This document shows, in pieces, positions 29,424-40,015 of a stretch of DNA of 64,000 nucleotides. This DNA is from an uncultured Polaribacter sp. (lineage in GTDB: Bacteria; Bacteroidota; Bacteroidia; Flavobacteriales; Flavobacteriaceae): the NCBI RefSeq assembly GCF_947495205.1, contig NZ_CANLXV010000009.1, positions 1,243 through 65,242 on the forward strand. Direction: 5' to 3'. The notes under the pieces are model-generated. The model did not search any database and had not been told where the DNA came from. It saw only the letters and a program-made list of their open reading frames with translations. Position 1 is the stretch's first letter; every line of letters starts with the position of its first letter. The position numbers were made by a program, and so were the translations under genes.

Positions 29424-31199
29424 ATGGCAATAGAAATAAAAAGATTATTCGATTTTCCTTATTATCAATTAGAGACTTACAATTTACAAAAAGCATTTAC
29501 CAGTAAATATCATAACAATTGGGAAAGTATTTCTACCCAAAAATATATAGAACAAGCAAATTTAATTAGCAAGGGTTTAATTAGTTTAGGTGTTAAACCT
29601 AACGATAAAATTGCCGTAATTTCTTCTACAAATAGAACGGAATGGAATATATGTGATATTGGTGTTTTACAAACTGGTGCCCAAAATGTACCAATTTACC
29701 CAACTATTAGTAAAGAAGATTATGAGTATGTTTTAAACCATTCAGAAGCTATCTATTGTTTTGTTTCTGATGTAGAGGTTTTAGAAAAAATAAATGCCAT
29801 TAAAGCAAATACCAAATTAAAAGCCATTTTTACTTTTGATGATATTGCTGGCGAAAAATCTTGGAAAGAAATCTTAGAATTGGGCAACAACCAAAATTAT
29901 AATCTTGAGTTAGAAACCCGAAAAAATAACGTAAAAACAGAAGATTTAGCTACTTTAATTTACACTTCTGGTACTACAGGAAAACCTAAAGGTGTTATGC
30001 TTTCTCACCAAAATATTGTAAGTAATGTGCTTGCTTCTAAAGAAAGAGTACCTTTAGAATATGGTAAAGATGTTGGCTTAAGTTTTTTACCTGTTTGCCA
30101 TATTTTTGAACGTATGATTCTTTATTTATATCAATATTGTGGAGTTTCAATTTATTTTGCAGAATCTATAGAAAAACTATCTGAAAATGCACAAGAAATA
30201 AAACCAAACGTAATGACTGCTGTACCACGTTTGTATGAGAAAATTTACGACAAAATTATTTTAAAAGGAGAGGCTTTAACGGGTATTAAAAAAGGGTTAT
30301 TCTTTTGGGCTGTTAATTTAGGTTTAAGATATAAACCTAATGGTGCAAATGGCTGGTGGTACGAAAAACAACTTGGTTTGGCTAGAAAATTAATATTTTC
30401 TAAATGGCAAGCAGCACTTGGTGGCGAACTTAAATTAATGGTTTCTGGTAGTGCAGCATTGCAAGAAAGATTAACAAAAGTTTTTGCAGCAGCTGGTATG
30501 CCAATTATGGAAGGTTATGGTTTAACAGAAACATCTCCAGTAGTAACCGTGAACGACCAAAGAAACAAAGGTTTTAAAACAGGTACTGTTGGCAAACCCA
30601 TAAAGGAAGTTGAAGTTAAAATTGCAGAAAATGGAGAAATTTTAGTAAAAGGCCCTAACGTTATGCTAGGGTATTATAAAGATTTAGAAAAATCTGAATC
30701 TGTTTTAAAAGACGGTTACTTTTATACTGGAGATAAAGGTGAATTTGATGCCGAAGGTTTCTTAAAAATTACTGGTAGAACTAAAGAAATGTTTAAAACT
30801 TCTGGTGGTAAATATGTGGTACCACCCTTATTAGAAGGAGAATTAAAACAATCTTTATTTATAGAACAAGTTATGGTTGTTGGTGAAGGTGAAAAAATGC
30901 CAGCTGCAATTATTCAGCCAAATTTTGAATTTATTCAAGGTTGGATCAAACATAAAAACCATAATATTGGTACTTCTAATGAAGAAATTGCCAATTCAGA
31001 CATTGTAATCAAAAGAATTCAGCAAGAAGTTGATAAATGTAATAGCAATTTTGGTAAATGGGAGCAAATTAAACGTTTTGAACTTACCAAAGATGTTTGG
31101 TCTATAGATGATGGACATTTAACCCCAACCATGAAAATGAAAAGAGCAGTTATTAAGGAGATTTATAAAGATTTATATCAAAAAATATATAACAATTAA
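29424..31199 (+). CDS. long-chain fatty acid-CoA ligase (AMP-dependent synthetase)
   Basis: 591 aa. AMP-binding motif YTSGTTGKPKGV, plus GYGLTETS and TGD...K motifs. Confidence 0.85.
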   Translation: MAIEIKRLFDFPYYQLETYNLQKAFTSKYHNNWESISTQKYIEQANLISKGLISLGVKPNDKIAVISSTNRTEWNICDIGVLQTGAQNVPIYPTISKEDYEYVLNHSEAIYCFVSDVEVLEKINAIKANTKLKAIFTFDDIAGEKSWKEILELGNNQNYNLELETRKNNVKTEDLATLIYTSGTTGKPKGVMLSHQNIVSNVLASKERVPLEYGKDVGLSFLPVCHIFERMILYLYQYCGVSIYFAESIEKLSENAQEIKPNVMTAVPRLYEKIYDKIILKGEALTGIKKGLFFWAVNLGLRYKPNGANGWWYEKQLGLARKLIFSKWQAALGGELKLMVSGSAALQERLTKVFAAAGMPIMEGYGLTETSPVVTVNDQRNKGFKTGTVGKPIKEVEVKIAENGEILVKGPNVMLGYYKDLEKSESVLKDGYFYTGDKGEFDAEGFLKITGRTKEMFKTSGGKYVVPPLLEGELKQSLFIEQVMVVGEGEKMPAAIIQPNFEFIQGWIKHKNHNIGTSNEEIANSDIVIKRIQQEVDKCNSNFGKWEQIKRFELTKDVWSIDDGHLTPTMKMKRAVIKEIYKDLYQKIYNN

Positions 31200-31330
31200 A
31201 CTTGGAAGCATCGATATTTTTATCGGTGTTTTTTTTGAATAAAATATCATTGTTGAAACCTAAGAATTTGCATTAAAGATTAAAAAAATGATTAAATCTT
31301 TGTACTATTGTAAGAGAAAAAACTTCTATT

Positions 31331-32155
31331 TTGAGTAATTCTACAAAAAACAATAATTGGAAAAACAAACTTCATGAAATTATTTACGAAGCAGACACCA
31401 AACAAGGTAAAGTTTTTGATGTAATTTTATTGATAGCCATTTTAGCTAGTATTATTTTGGTAATGCTAGAAAGTGTAAACCAAATAGACAATACGTACCA
31501 CAACGCGCTATATATTGGTGAGTGGGTAATTACGATTTTATTTTCTATTGAATATATTTTAAGAATTATTGCCATTAAAAAACCTTTAAAATATGTACTT
31601 AGTTTTTATGGTATTATTGATTTTCTTTCAACAATACCCATGTATTTATCGTTTTTTCTGGTTGGTTCACAAGGTTTAGTTGCGCTTAGAGCCTTAAGGT
31701 TATTAAGAGTTTTTAGAATTTTAAAATTAGGCAGATACATTGGTGCTTCTAATACTCTTTTATTGGCTTTAAAAGCAAGTAGAGCTAAAATTGCAGTTTT
31801 TTTATTTTTTGTTTTAATTGTTTGCATCATTTTAGGCACTGTAATGTACATGGTAGAAGGTGAAGAAAACGGATTTAACAACATACCCAAAAGTATATAT
31901 TGGGCTATTGTAACTTTAACTACAGTAGGTTTTGGTGATATTGCCCCACAAACACCATTAGGACAATTAATTGCAAGTGCAATAATGATATTAGGTTACT
32001 CTATTATTGCAATTCCTACAGGAATTGTAAGTGCAGAAATTACTAAAAAAGATTATGACTTAGACATAAACACGCAAGCTTGCCCAACTTGTTTAAAAGA
32101 GAAACATACAAAAAATGCAACATTTTGCTATAATTGTGGTAGTATTTTAAATTAG
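31331..32155 (+). CDS. voltage-gated K+ channel family protein with a C-terminal zinc-ribbon
   Basis: 274 aa with a TTG start in the ORF track. S4-like LRALRLLRVFRILKLGR, selectivity filter TTVGFGD and tail CPTC...CYNC. Confidence 0.78.
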   Translation: MSNSTKNNNWKNKLHEIIYEADTKQGKVFDVILLIAILASIILVMLESVNQIDNTYHNALYIGEWVITILFSIEYILRIIAIKKPLKYVLSFYGIIDFLSTIPMYLSFFLVGSQGLVALRALRLLRVFRILKLGRYIGASNTLLLALKASRAKIAVFLFFVLIVCIILGTVMYMVEGEENGFNNIPKSIYWAIVTLTTVGFGDIAPQTPLGQLIASAIMILGYSIIAIPTGIVSAEITKKDYDLDINTQACPTCLKEKHTKNATFCYNCGSILN

Positions 32156-32156
32156 T

Positions 32157-33080
32157 ATGCATATAACAAAAAACACCTTAATAACCATTGTAGGACCTAC
32201 AGCAATTGGCAAAACTGCATTAAGCATTCAGCTTGCTAAAGCGTTTAATGCAGACATTATTTCTTGCGATTCAAGACAATTTTATAAAGAAATGTCTATT
32301 GGTACTGCTGTGCCAGAACCCGAGGAATTATCCAGTGCAAAACATCACTTTATACAAAACAGAAGTATTTTTGATAATTATAATGTTGGTGAATTTGAAA
32401 GAGATGCTCTAAAAAAACTAGACGTTTTATTCAAAAAAAACAATGTGCAAATTATGGTAGGTGGCTCTGGTTTGTATGTAGATGCTGTTTTAAAAGGCTT
32501 AGATTATTTTCCTGAAGTTGATCCTGAAATTCGTGAAAATTTAACAAAACAATTGGCGGCAGATGGAATTGTAACACTACAAAACCAACTTAAAGTATTA
32601 GATTTAGAAACCTACAACAATATTGCTTTAGACAATCCACATAGAATAATGAGAGCCTTAGAAGTTTGTATTTCTTCTGGTACACCCTACTCCACTTTTA
32701 AAAATAAACCTAAAAAACCTAGAAACTTTAACAGCATAAAAATTGGTTTAAACGCAGATAGACCAATTATATATGATAGAATAAACCAAAGAGTAGATAT
32801 TATGATGGCTAAAGGATTACTGGAAGAGGCTAAAAATTTATATCCGCATAAAAGTTTAAATGCACTACAAACCGTAGGTTATAGAGAATTATTTGCTTAT
32901 TTTGATGGAGATTTTACCAAAGAATTTGCAATTTCTGAAATTAAAAAAAATACTAGACGTTTTGCAAAACGACAACTTACTTGGTTTAAAAGAGACCTAG
33001 AAACAATTTGGTTTGATTATACCACCAATGCTAATAATATTATAGCCACAATTTCTAATAAAATTAACGCAAATACATAA
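32157..33080 (+). CDS. miaA: tRNA dimethylallyltransferase
   Basis: 307 aa. P-loop GPTAIGKT and SCDSRQFYKEMSIGTA. Confidence 0.92.
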   Translation: MHITKNTLITIVGPTAIGKTALSIQLAKAFNADIISCDSRQFYKEMSIGTAVPEPEELSSAKHHFIQNRSIFDNYNVGEFERDALKKLDVLFKKNNVQIMVGGSGLYVDAVLKGLDYFPEVDPEIRENLTKQLAADGIVTLQNQLKVLDLETYNNIALDNPHRIMRALEVCISSGTPYSTFKNKPKKPRNFNSIKIGLNADRPIIYDRINQRVDIMMAKGLLEEAKNLYPHKSLNALQTVGYRELFAYFDGDFTKEFAISEIKKNTRRFAKRQLTWFKRDLETIWFDYTTNANNIIATISNKINANT

Positions 33081-33274
33081 TTAGAATTTTTAGGTATTCA
33101 TTTGCTTTTCTATCTTTGTTTCAAATATTTAGCTTTATGAAAACAATCTTAACATTACTAAAAAAGATTATGTTATGTTTCTATAATAATTGGGTTGTCC
33201 AAGATAAAAATTGAATGGATACTTTAAGAGTAAAAACCTTCTTGGTAGATTTAAAAGTTTAAATTAGAGAAAAA

Positions 33275-33571
33275 TTATACCAACATTAGTTTCTGAATTA
33301 CTTCCTCTCCTACTTCCTCATTCATCATTTTAATTATTTTTTCTTTACCGTAACTTAATTCTTCTCTTAAAACAGATGAAGTTAATTGTATAATTAAAGT
33401 TTTGTTTTGCAATTTTACAGAAGTAGTATGTGTTGCCACACCTGGCCCCATCATTTTATGCCATGTTTCTTCTATTTTAATTTTCTGCATTCCCTTGCTC
33501 AAATTATTCTCTGTGATAAAAAGTTGCATTAAATCTTTAACTGAAACAGAATCGTTTTCTCTTTTAGACAT
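33275..33571 (-). CDS. DUF721 (DciA-like) protein
   Basis: 98 aa, located immediately downstream of recF as is typical for DUF721. The sequence resemblance is from memory. Confidence 0.6.
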   Translation of the reverse strand: MSKRENDSVSVKDLMQLFITENNLSKGMQKIKIEETWHKMMGPGVATHTTSVKLQNKTLIIQLTSSVLREELSYGKEKIIKMMNEEVGEEVIQKLMLV

Positions 33572-33646
33572 ATTTGTGGTTTTTGGTTTTTGTTTGTGGT
33601 TTAAAAATTACAAAAATTAATCAGTTATACATTAGAACTTTAAACT

Positions 33647-34726
33647 TTATAATTCAAAAATCTGGTATGGTTTATCACTTCGTTTTAGTATACTTTCTGT
33701 TCTATCTTTATGCGTATCTGTTATAAATATTTGTCCAAATTTATTATTATTTACCAAATCTATAATGTGCGCTACTCTATTTTCATCTAATTTATCAAAT
33801 ATATCATCTAAAAGTAAAATTGGAGTAACGTTTGCTTGTTGTTTAATAAATTCAAACTGCGCAAATTTTAAGGCAATTAAATATGATTTTTGTTGTCCTT
33901 GAGAACCAAACTTTTTTATCGGGTAATCTCCAATATCAAAGCTTAAATCGTCTTTATGTATGCCAGCAGTTGTATACTGCATCATTTTATCTTTCTCAAC
34001 ATATTTTTGTAACAACGCTTCTAAAGAAAAATCATGAAGCTGACTTTTATACTTTAGATTAACTTGCTCCTTATCTCCAGAAATTAAAGCATATTTTTCA
34101 TTAAAAATAGGAATAAAACGTTCTAAAAAATCTTTTCTAACTTCATATATTCTTGTTCCATACAAAGCCAATTGTTCATTATAAACATTCAAATTTAAGG
34201 CATCAAAAGTTCTATTTGCTGCAAAATATTTTAACAGTGCATTTCTTTGACTTAATACTTTATTGTACGCCAACAAATCTTGTAAATACTTTTTGTTTTG
34301 CTGGCTAATTACGCCATCTATAAACTTTCTCCTGGTATCACTGCCTTCTGTAACCAAATCTCTATCTGCTGGCGATATAATTACCAAAGGAAGTTGGCCA
34401 ATATGTTCAGAAAATTTTTCGTAATTTTTACCATTTCTTTTTAAAACTTTCTTTTGCCCTTTTTTTAAACTACAAACAATTTTTTCATTTCGTTCTTTTA
34501 AAAAATAATCTCCTTCAACCATAAAAAAAGATTCGCCATGTTTTATATTTTGACCTGCAACCGAATTAAAATAACTTTTTGCAAACGAAAGGTAATAAAT
34601 AGCATCTAAAACATTGGTTTTTCCCACACCATTATTACCCACAAAACAATTTATTTTCTCCTGAAAATCAAAAGATTGAGATGTTATATTTTTAAAATTA
34701 AGTAAAGAAAGTTTTTGTAAATACAT
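33647..34726 (-). CDS. recF: DNA replication/repair protein RecF
   Basis: 359 aa. Walker [10 protein letters not shown], signature SQGQQKS and LLLDD Walker B. Confidence 0.93.
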   Translation of the reverse strand: MYLQKLSLLNFKNITSQSFDFQEKINCFVGNNGVGKTNVLDAIYYLSFAKSYFNSVAGQNIKHGESFFMVEGDYFLKERNEKIVCSLKKGQKKVLKRNGKNYEKFSEHIGQLPLVIISPADRDLVTEGSDTRRKFIDGVISQQNKKYLQDLLAYNKVLSQRNALLKYFAANRTFDALNLNVYNEQLALYGTRIYEVRKDFLERFIPIFNEKYALISGDKEQVNLKYKSQLHDFSLEALLQKYVEKDKMMQYTTAGIHKDDLSFDIGDYPIKKFGSQGQQKSYLIALKFAQFEFIKQQANVTPILLLDDIFDKLDENRVAHIIDLVNNNKFGQIFITDTHKDRTESILKRSDKPYQIFEL

Positions 34727-34840
34727 GTATATAAATTAACCTATAAAACAATTTGCAAATTATTGAAAATTTTGCGAATTATAGACTTTTAAAATCCAAT
34801 TAAAAAAACTATTTTTGTCCGCACTAATTTTAAAGCAACA

Positions 34841-35605
34841 ATGGCAACATACAAGAAAAAATATAAACCAGAAGGTAAAAAAGAACAGCAACAAGTAGAA
34901 GAAATGGAAAGCACAACTGCTGAAGTTTTTAATACTTTAGACGAAACAGCTTCTAAATCTGAACAGTGGATTGAAAAAAACAGCAAACCACTTTTTTATG
35001 CATTAGTTGGTGTTGTAGTTGTCTTTTTAGCATATTTAGCATATAATAAATACGTTGTAGAACCAAATGAATTGGAGGCTTCTAATGAATTGGCTTTTCC
35101 AAGAAAATATTTTGATGAAGCTTCTACTGCAGGTTCAGGTATAGATTCTTTATTAAATTTAGGTTTAGAAGGTACAGATGGTAAATTTGGATTTTTAGAC
35201 ATTGCTGAATCTTATAGTGGTACAGATGCAGGAAATTTAGCAAATTATTATGCTGGAGTTTCTTATTTGCAAATGAAAAATTACGAAAAAGCAATTACTT
35301 ATTTAGAGAAATTTAATTCTGATGATGCTTTATTAGGTCCTGTTGCATTAGGTGCTATTGGTGATGCTTTCGCAGATATTAATCAACCAGAACAGGCTTT
35401 AGAATATTACGAAAAAGCTGCTAATAAAAAAGACAACACATTTACATCTCCATTATTTTTATACAAAGCAGGCCAAACTGCAATGCAATTAAAAGAATTT
35501 GGAAAAGCAGAAACTTTATTTTCAAAAATAAAAGCAAACTACCCAAGCTCAGAACAAGGTAGAAGTATAGAAAAGTTTATAAACGCTGCAAAATACGCAA
35601 ACTAG
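34841..35605 (+). CDS. membrane-anchored tetratricopeptide-repeat protein
   Basis: 254 aa with one TM helix and TPR-like repeats (AGVSYLQMKNYEKAITYLEKF, QPEQALEYYEKAA). Confidence 0.6.
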   Translation: MATYKKKYKPEGKKEQQQVEEMESTTAEVFNTLDETASKSEQWIEKNSKPLFYALVGVVVVFLAYLAYNKYVVEPNELEASNELAFPRKYFDEASTAGSGIDSLLNLGLEGTDGKFGFLDIAESYSGTDAGNLANYYAGVSYLQMKNYEKAITYLEKFNSDDALLGPVALGAIGDAFADINQPEQALEYYEKAANKKDNTFTSPLFLYKAGQTAMQLKEFGKAETLFSKIKANYPSSEQGRSIEKFINAAKYAN

Positions 35606-35653
35606 TTTTTGGTTGTTGGTTTATAGTTTTTAGTTAAATCCAACAACCAAAAA
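35606..35653. terminator. long perfect hairpin between the TPR gene and ribH
   Basis: tttttggttgttgg (35606-35619) pairs perfectly with ccaacaaccaaaaa (35640-35653) across a 20-nt loop. Confidence 0.45.
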
Positions 35654-35673
35654 CGATAAACTAAAAACAAAAA

Positions 35674-36180
35674 ATGGCAACAACAAATTTATCTTATTAC
35701 GATAAAACAACAATCCCAAATGCGAAACCTTTTCGATTTGGGATTGTTGTTTCTGAATGGAATCCAGAAATTACAAAAAATTTACAACAAGGAGCAATTG
35801 ATACTTTACTAGATTGTGGCGCTGCAAAACAGGATATTATTTCTTGGGATGTCCCAGGAAGTTTTGAACTAATTTATGGCTGTAAAAAAATGATACAGTC
35901 TCAAAAAGTAGACGCTATAATTGCAATAGGTAACGTTATTCAAGGAGAAACTAAACATTTTGATTTTGTTTGTGATGGCGTAACACAAGGTATTGTAGAT
36001 TTAAATATTAAATATGATGTGCCTGTTATTTTTTGCGTTTTAACAGACAACACCAAACAACAATCTTTAGATAGATCTGGTGGTAAATTAGGCAATAAAG
36101 GTATAGAGTGTGCCGTTGCTGCAATAAAAATGGCGGCCATAAATAATTTAAATAGAACTTCAGATAGTATTGGTTTTTAG
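35674..36180 (+). CDS. ribH: 6,7-dimethyl-8-ribityllumazine synthase
   Basis: 168 aa with a lumazine synthase fold signature (VPGSFELIYG, GETKHFDFV). Confidence 0.9.
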   Translation: MATTNLSYYDKTTIPNAKPFRFGIVVSEWNPEITKNLQQGAIDTLLDCGAAKQDIISWDVPGSFELIYGCKKMIQSQKVDAIIAIGNVIQGETKHFDFVCDGVTQGIVDLNIKYDVPVIFCVLTDNTKQQSLDRSGGKLGNKGIECAVAAIKMAAINNLNRTSDSIGF

Positions 36181-36335
36181 CAAATCAATGCTTTATTTCC
36201 TATTTAATTTTAAGAATACTTTTAACAGCAAACCTTTTACAATCAAACGAATTTCTTTAAATTTGAGTAACTTTATAAATTGGTATAAAAGTTGATTTTA
36301 CAATGTAAATTAACCTATCAATTCAGTAAAAAACT

Positions 36336-36608
36336 ATGGGATTTTTAAAACGTACAAATAAGAAATTCGATTATCAACCTCTTTATTACAAAGGAGAAGG
36401 TAGCCCTTTTAAAATTGAGCATAAATTAGACCAATTTAGAACTACTGCTGGTAAAAACAAAGGTATTAAAGGTAAGTTTTCAGATGCTCTAAACGATTTA
36501 AAATCGTCTGACAAAAGCGTAAACAAAACCATCTTAATTATTATTGCCATTTTAATATTCATTTTCTTATACATTATAGATTTCGATTTATCTATATTCA
36601 CAAATTAA
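36336..36608 (+). CDS. small hypothetical protein with a C-terminal TM helix
   Basis: 90-aa ORF in a tight array upstream of mutL. No recognisable motif. Confidence 0.4.
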   Translation: MGFLKRTNKKFDYQPLYYKGEGSPFKIEHKLDQFRTTAGKNKGIKGKFSDALNDLKSSDKSVNKTILIIIAILIFIFLYIIDFDLSIFTN

Positions 36609-36611
36609 TTA

Positions 36612-38426
36612 ATGTCTGACATCATTCAACTTTTACCAGACCATGTTGCCAACCAAATTGCAGCAGGAGAAGTAGTGCAAAGGCCTGCATCTGTAGTTAA
36701 AGAATTGTTAGAAAATGCGATAGACGCAGGATCAACAAATATAAAATTACTTATTAAAGATGCTGGTAAAACATTAATACAAGTAATAGATGATGGTAAA
36801 GGAATGAGCGCTACAGATGCAAGAATGTGTTTTGAGCGCCATGCAACCTCTAAAATTCAAAAAGCAGAAGATTTATTTAATTTATCTACCAAAGGTTTTC
36901 GTGGCGAAGCATTGGCTTCAATTGCAGCTATTGCGCATGTAGAATTAAAAACAAAAGAGCACAACCAAGAATTGGGCTGTGCCATAAAAATTGAAGGAAG
37001 TAAAATTGTTTCTCAAGATTTTGTTTCTACAGGAGCAGGAACCAGTTTAGCGGTTAAAAATTTATTTTATAACATTCCTGCAAGAAGAAATTTCTTAAAA
37101 TCAGATACCGTAGAAACCAGACATATTGTAGATGAATTTCAGCGTGTGGTTTTAGCACACCCTAGTATTTCTTTCTTATTACACCACAATAATAACGAAG
37201 TTTATAATTTAAGAGCTGGAAATTTAAGACAACGTATTGTAGCTGTTTTTGGTGGTAAAATGAATGAGAAACTAGTACCAATTGATGAAGTTACCGATAT
37301 TTTAACAATAGAAGGCTTTGTTGCAAAACCAGAATTTTTTAAACGAAAAAGAGGCGAACAGTTTTTCTTTGTAAACAATCGTTTTATAAAAAGTTCTTAC
37401 TTAAACCATGCTGTTGTTAATGCATTTGATGGTTTGTTAGAAAATGGTACACATCCATCGTATTTTTTATACCTAAAAGTACCTGCAAACACCATAGACA
37501 TAAACATTCACCCAACAAAAACAGAAATAAAGTTCGATAACGAAAAAGCTTTATACGCCATGTTACGTGCTACTGTTAAACATAGTTTGGGACAATACAA
37601 CGTAGCGCCAGTTTTAGATTTTAATAGAGATGCTAATCTAGATACACCTTATCATTTTAAATCGAAAACAAAAAGCGCTAGTATTCCAAAAATTTCTGTA
37701 GATCCAGATTTTAATCCTTTTAAAGAAGAGGTTCAAAAAGAAATAAGTTTTCCTTACAAAAGAGAAAAAAACACCCAAAGTTGGGAATCTTTGTACACTG
37801 CTACTGCAACAACTATAGAAAACGAACAAGAGCAACTTTTTGAGCATCAACAAGAAGAAAAAACACAAAAGACTTTTCAAATACAACGCAAATACGTGTT
37901 AAGTTTAATAAAATCTGGTGTGGTTTTAATTAATCAATCTTTAGCGCATCAAAGAGTTTTATATGAAGATTTTCTAGAAAGTATTACTGTCAAAGAAGCC
38001 AACAGTCAGCAACTTTTGTTTCCTGTTAAAATTTCTTTTTCTTCTGCGGAAATAGAAATGATTTACACTATTAAAAGTGAGCTTGAAAACGCTGGTTTTT
38101 CTTTTGATGAATTTACAAAAGACAGTGTTACCATTAAAGGAATCCCAGTTTCTGTAACAGAAAGTAAAATTACCATAATTTTAGAACAACTTTTAAATGA
38201 TATAGATTTAGAAGTACCCGATGCAAGTTTTAGTCATTTTGATGTTATGGCAAAATCATTTGCCAAAACCTTATCTATAAAAACGGGTACGTTACTTTCA
38301 GAGAAAGAACAAGAAGGTTTGGTAAACGACTTATTTTCTTGCAAAGAACCAAGTGTTTCCCCTTTTGGTAAGGCTACCTTTAAGACTTTAACATTAAACG
38401 AAATTGATAATTTATTTAATAGTTAG
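36612..38426 (+). CDS. mutL: DNA mismatch repair protein MutL
   Basis: 604 aa. GHKL ATPase motifs (ELLENAIDAG, DDGKGM, GFRGEAL). Confidence 0.93.
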   Translation: MSDIIQLLPDHVANQIAAGEVVQRPASVVKELLENAIDAGSTNIKLLIKDAGKTLIQVIDDGKGMSATDARMCFERHATSKIQKAEDLFNLSTKGFRGEALASIAAIAHVELKTKEHNQELGCAIKIEGSKIVSQDFVSTGAGTSLAVKNLFYNIPARRNFLKSDTVETRHIVDEFQRVVLAHPSISFLLHHNNNEVYNLRAGNLRQRIVAVFGGKMNEKLVPIDEVTDILTIEGFVAKPEFFKRKRGEQFFFVNNRFIKSSYLNHAVVNAFDGLLENGTHPSYFLYLKVPANTIDINIHPTKTEIKFDNEKALYAMLRATVKHSLGQYNVAPVLDFNRDANLDTPYHFKSKTKSASIPKISVDPDFNPFKEEVQKEISFPYKREKNTQSWESLYTATATTIENEQEQLFEHQQEEKTQKTFQIQRKYVLSLIKSGVVLINQSLAHQRVLYEDFLESITVKEANSQQLLFPVKISFSSAEIEMIYTIKSELENAGFSFDEFTKDSVTIKGIPVSVTESKITIILEQLLNDIDLEVPDASFSHFDVMAKSFAKTLSIKTGTLLSEKEQEGLVNDLFSCKEPSVSPFGKATFKTLTLNEIDNLFNS

Positions 38427-38428
38427 TT

Positions 38429-39160
38429 ATGGGAAAAGTTACAGAAGGTATTAAACACTTAATTATTATAAATGTAATTGTATTTATAGCACCACAATTA
38501 CTACAATTAGATTTTACCAATATTTTGGCATTGCATTTTCCAGAAAATGAACATTTTGGAATTTGGCAATATGTTAGCCACATTTTTATGCATGGTAGCT
38601 TTGCGCATATTCTTTTTAACATGTATGGTTTATGGGCTTTTGGAACTCCTTTAGAGCAAATGTGGGGTAAAAAAAGATTTTTATTTTTCTACTTTTCTGC
38701 AGGAATTGGAGCAGGCTTAATTTACACACTTGTTAATTATTATCAGTTTAATGGTATTTATGAATTATTTATAAATGCTGGTGTAAATCCAAATGAAATT
38801 TTATCAATTTTAGAAAAAGGAAGTACTAATGATGTTAGAGTTGTAAATGCTATAACCCAAGAACAATTTAACAAAATATCATCATTATACAACACACCTG
38901 CTGTAGGAGCCTCTGGAGCAGTTTACGGAGTTTTAGTGGCTTTTGGCTTGTATTTTAAAGATGCTAAATTGGCATTACTGTTTTTTCCTGTTCCAATAGC
39001 TGCAAAATATTTTATACCTATTATGATTTTAGGAGATTTATTTTTTGGAATGACAAAATATTCCGTGGGTAACATTGCCCATTTTGCGCACATTGGTGGC
39101 GCTTTAATTGGGTTTTTAATTGCTTATTACTGGAAAAAAAATCAATTTAAAACAAGTTAA
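38429..39160 (+). CDS. rhomboid-family intramembrane serine protease
   Basis: 243 aa, multi-TM, with HIFMHGSFAHILFNM and GASGAVYG (catalytic Ser) motifs. Confidence 0.8.
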   Translation: MGKVTEGIKHLIIINVIVFIAPQLLQLDFTNILALHFPENEHFGIWQYVSHIFMHGSFAHILFNMYGLWAFGTPLEQMWGKKRFLFFYFSAGIGAGLIYTLVNYYQFNGIYELFINAGVNPNEILSILEKGSTNDVRVVNAITQEQFNKISSLYNTPAVGASGAVYGVLVAFGLYFKDAKLALLFFPVPIAAKYFIPIMILGDLFFGMTKYSVGNIAHFAHIGGALIGFLIAYYWKKNQFKTS

Positions 39161-40015
39161 ATGGATTTTATAAATAAAATAAAATATAGATTTAATACGG
39201 CCAATATTATAGAAAAACTAATCTATATAAACGTAGGTGTATTTGCCGTAAGCTTACTTATATTGGTAGTGCAAGGTTTGTATCGTGGCCAGGTTAGTTA
39301 TATTGTGCAATGGTTTTCTTTAGATGGAGATTTAAACGAATTATTAACCCAACCTTGGACTTTAATTTCTTACGGTTTCTTGCATTCTGGCTTTATACAT
39401 TTACTTTTTAACATGATTGGTTTGTACTTTATTGGCAATCTATTCATTCAATATTTTACACAAAAACAAGCTTTACAATTTTATCTTTTAGGAACTTTGT
39501 TTGGTGGATTCTTCTATTTATTTAGTCAGAATTACTTTCCTCTTTTTGAAGGCAGTTCTTCTCGTTTGGTTGGAGCATCAGCTGGAGTTTCTGCTATCTT
39601 TATAGGTTTAGCTACATATATGCCAAATTATCAGATAAATATTCGTCTTTTAGGTTATATAAAATTATGGCATTTGGCTGCAGTTTGGTTAGCGTTTGAT
39701 GTTGTTGGTTTAATAGGACCAAATGGTGGTGGTAGCTTTTCTCATTTGGGCGGTAGCTTATTTGGTTTTTTATATGTAAACCAGGCAAGTAACAAAAAAT
39801 TAGATATATTTGGGAGTCTTTTTTCAATGTTTAAAAAGAAAGAAAAGCCTTTACAAACGGTTTACAAATCTAAAACCAACTTAAAAAAGAAAACCACACT
39901 TGTTGCTAACAATCAAAAAGAAATAGATGCTATTTTAGATAAAATAAGTAAATCTGGTTATGACACCTTAACCAAAGCAGAAAAAGATTTTTTATTTAAA
40001 CAAGGTAAAAAATAG
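39161..40015 (+). CDS. rhomboid-family intramembrane serine protease (second tandem copy)
   Basis: 284 aa. FLHSGFIHLLFNM, GASAGVSA and a SHLGG histidine motif. Confidence 0.78.
   Translation: MDFINKIKYRFNTANIIEKLIYINVGVFAVSLLILVVQGLYRGQVSYIVQWFSLDGDLNELLTQPWTLISYGFLHSGFIHLLFNMIGLYFIGNLFIQYFTQKQALQFYLLGTLFGGFFYLFSQNYFPLFEGSSSRLVGASAGVSAIFIGLATYMPNYQINIRLLGYIKLWHLAAVWLAFDVVGLIGPNGGGSFSHLGGSLFGFLYVNQASNKKLDIFGSLFSMFKKKEKPLQTVYKSKTNLKKKTTLVANNQKEIDAILDKISKSGYDTLTKAEKDFLFKQGKK

Noticed and set aside
33137-33214. 25-aa ORF (MKTILTLLKKIMLCFYNNWVVQDKN) in the miaA / DUF721 intergenic region
   Set aside because: It is too short and has no supporting signal. It cannot be distinguished from chance in AT-rich DNA.
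33402-33620. Plus-strand 72-aa ORF overlapping the DUF721 gene
   Set aside because: It is antisense to a gene in the conserved position downstream of recF, and its translation is Cys/Phe-rich nonsense.
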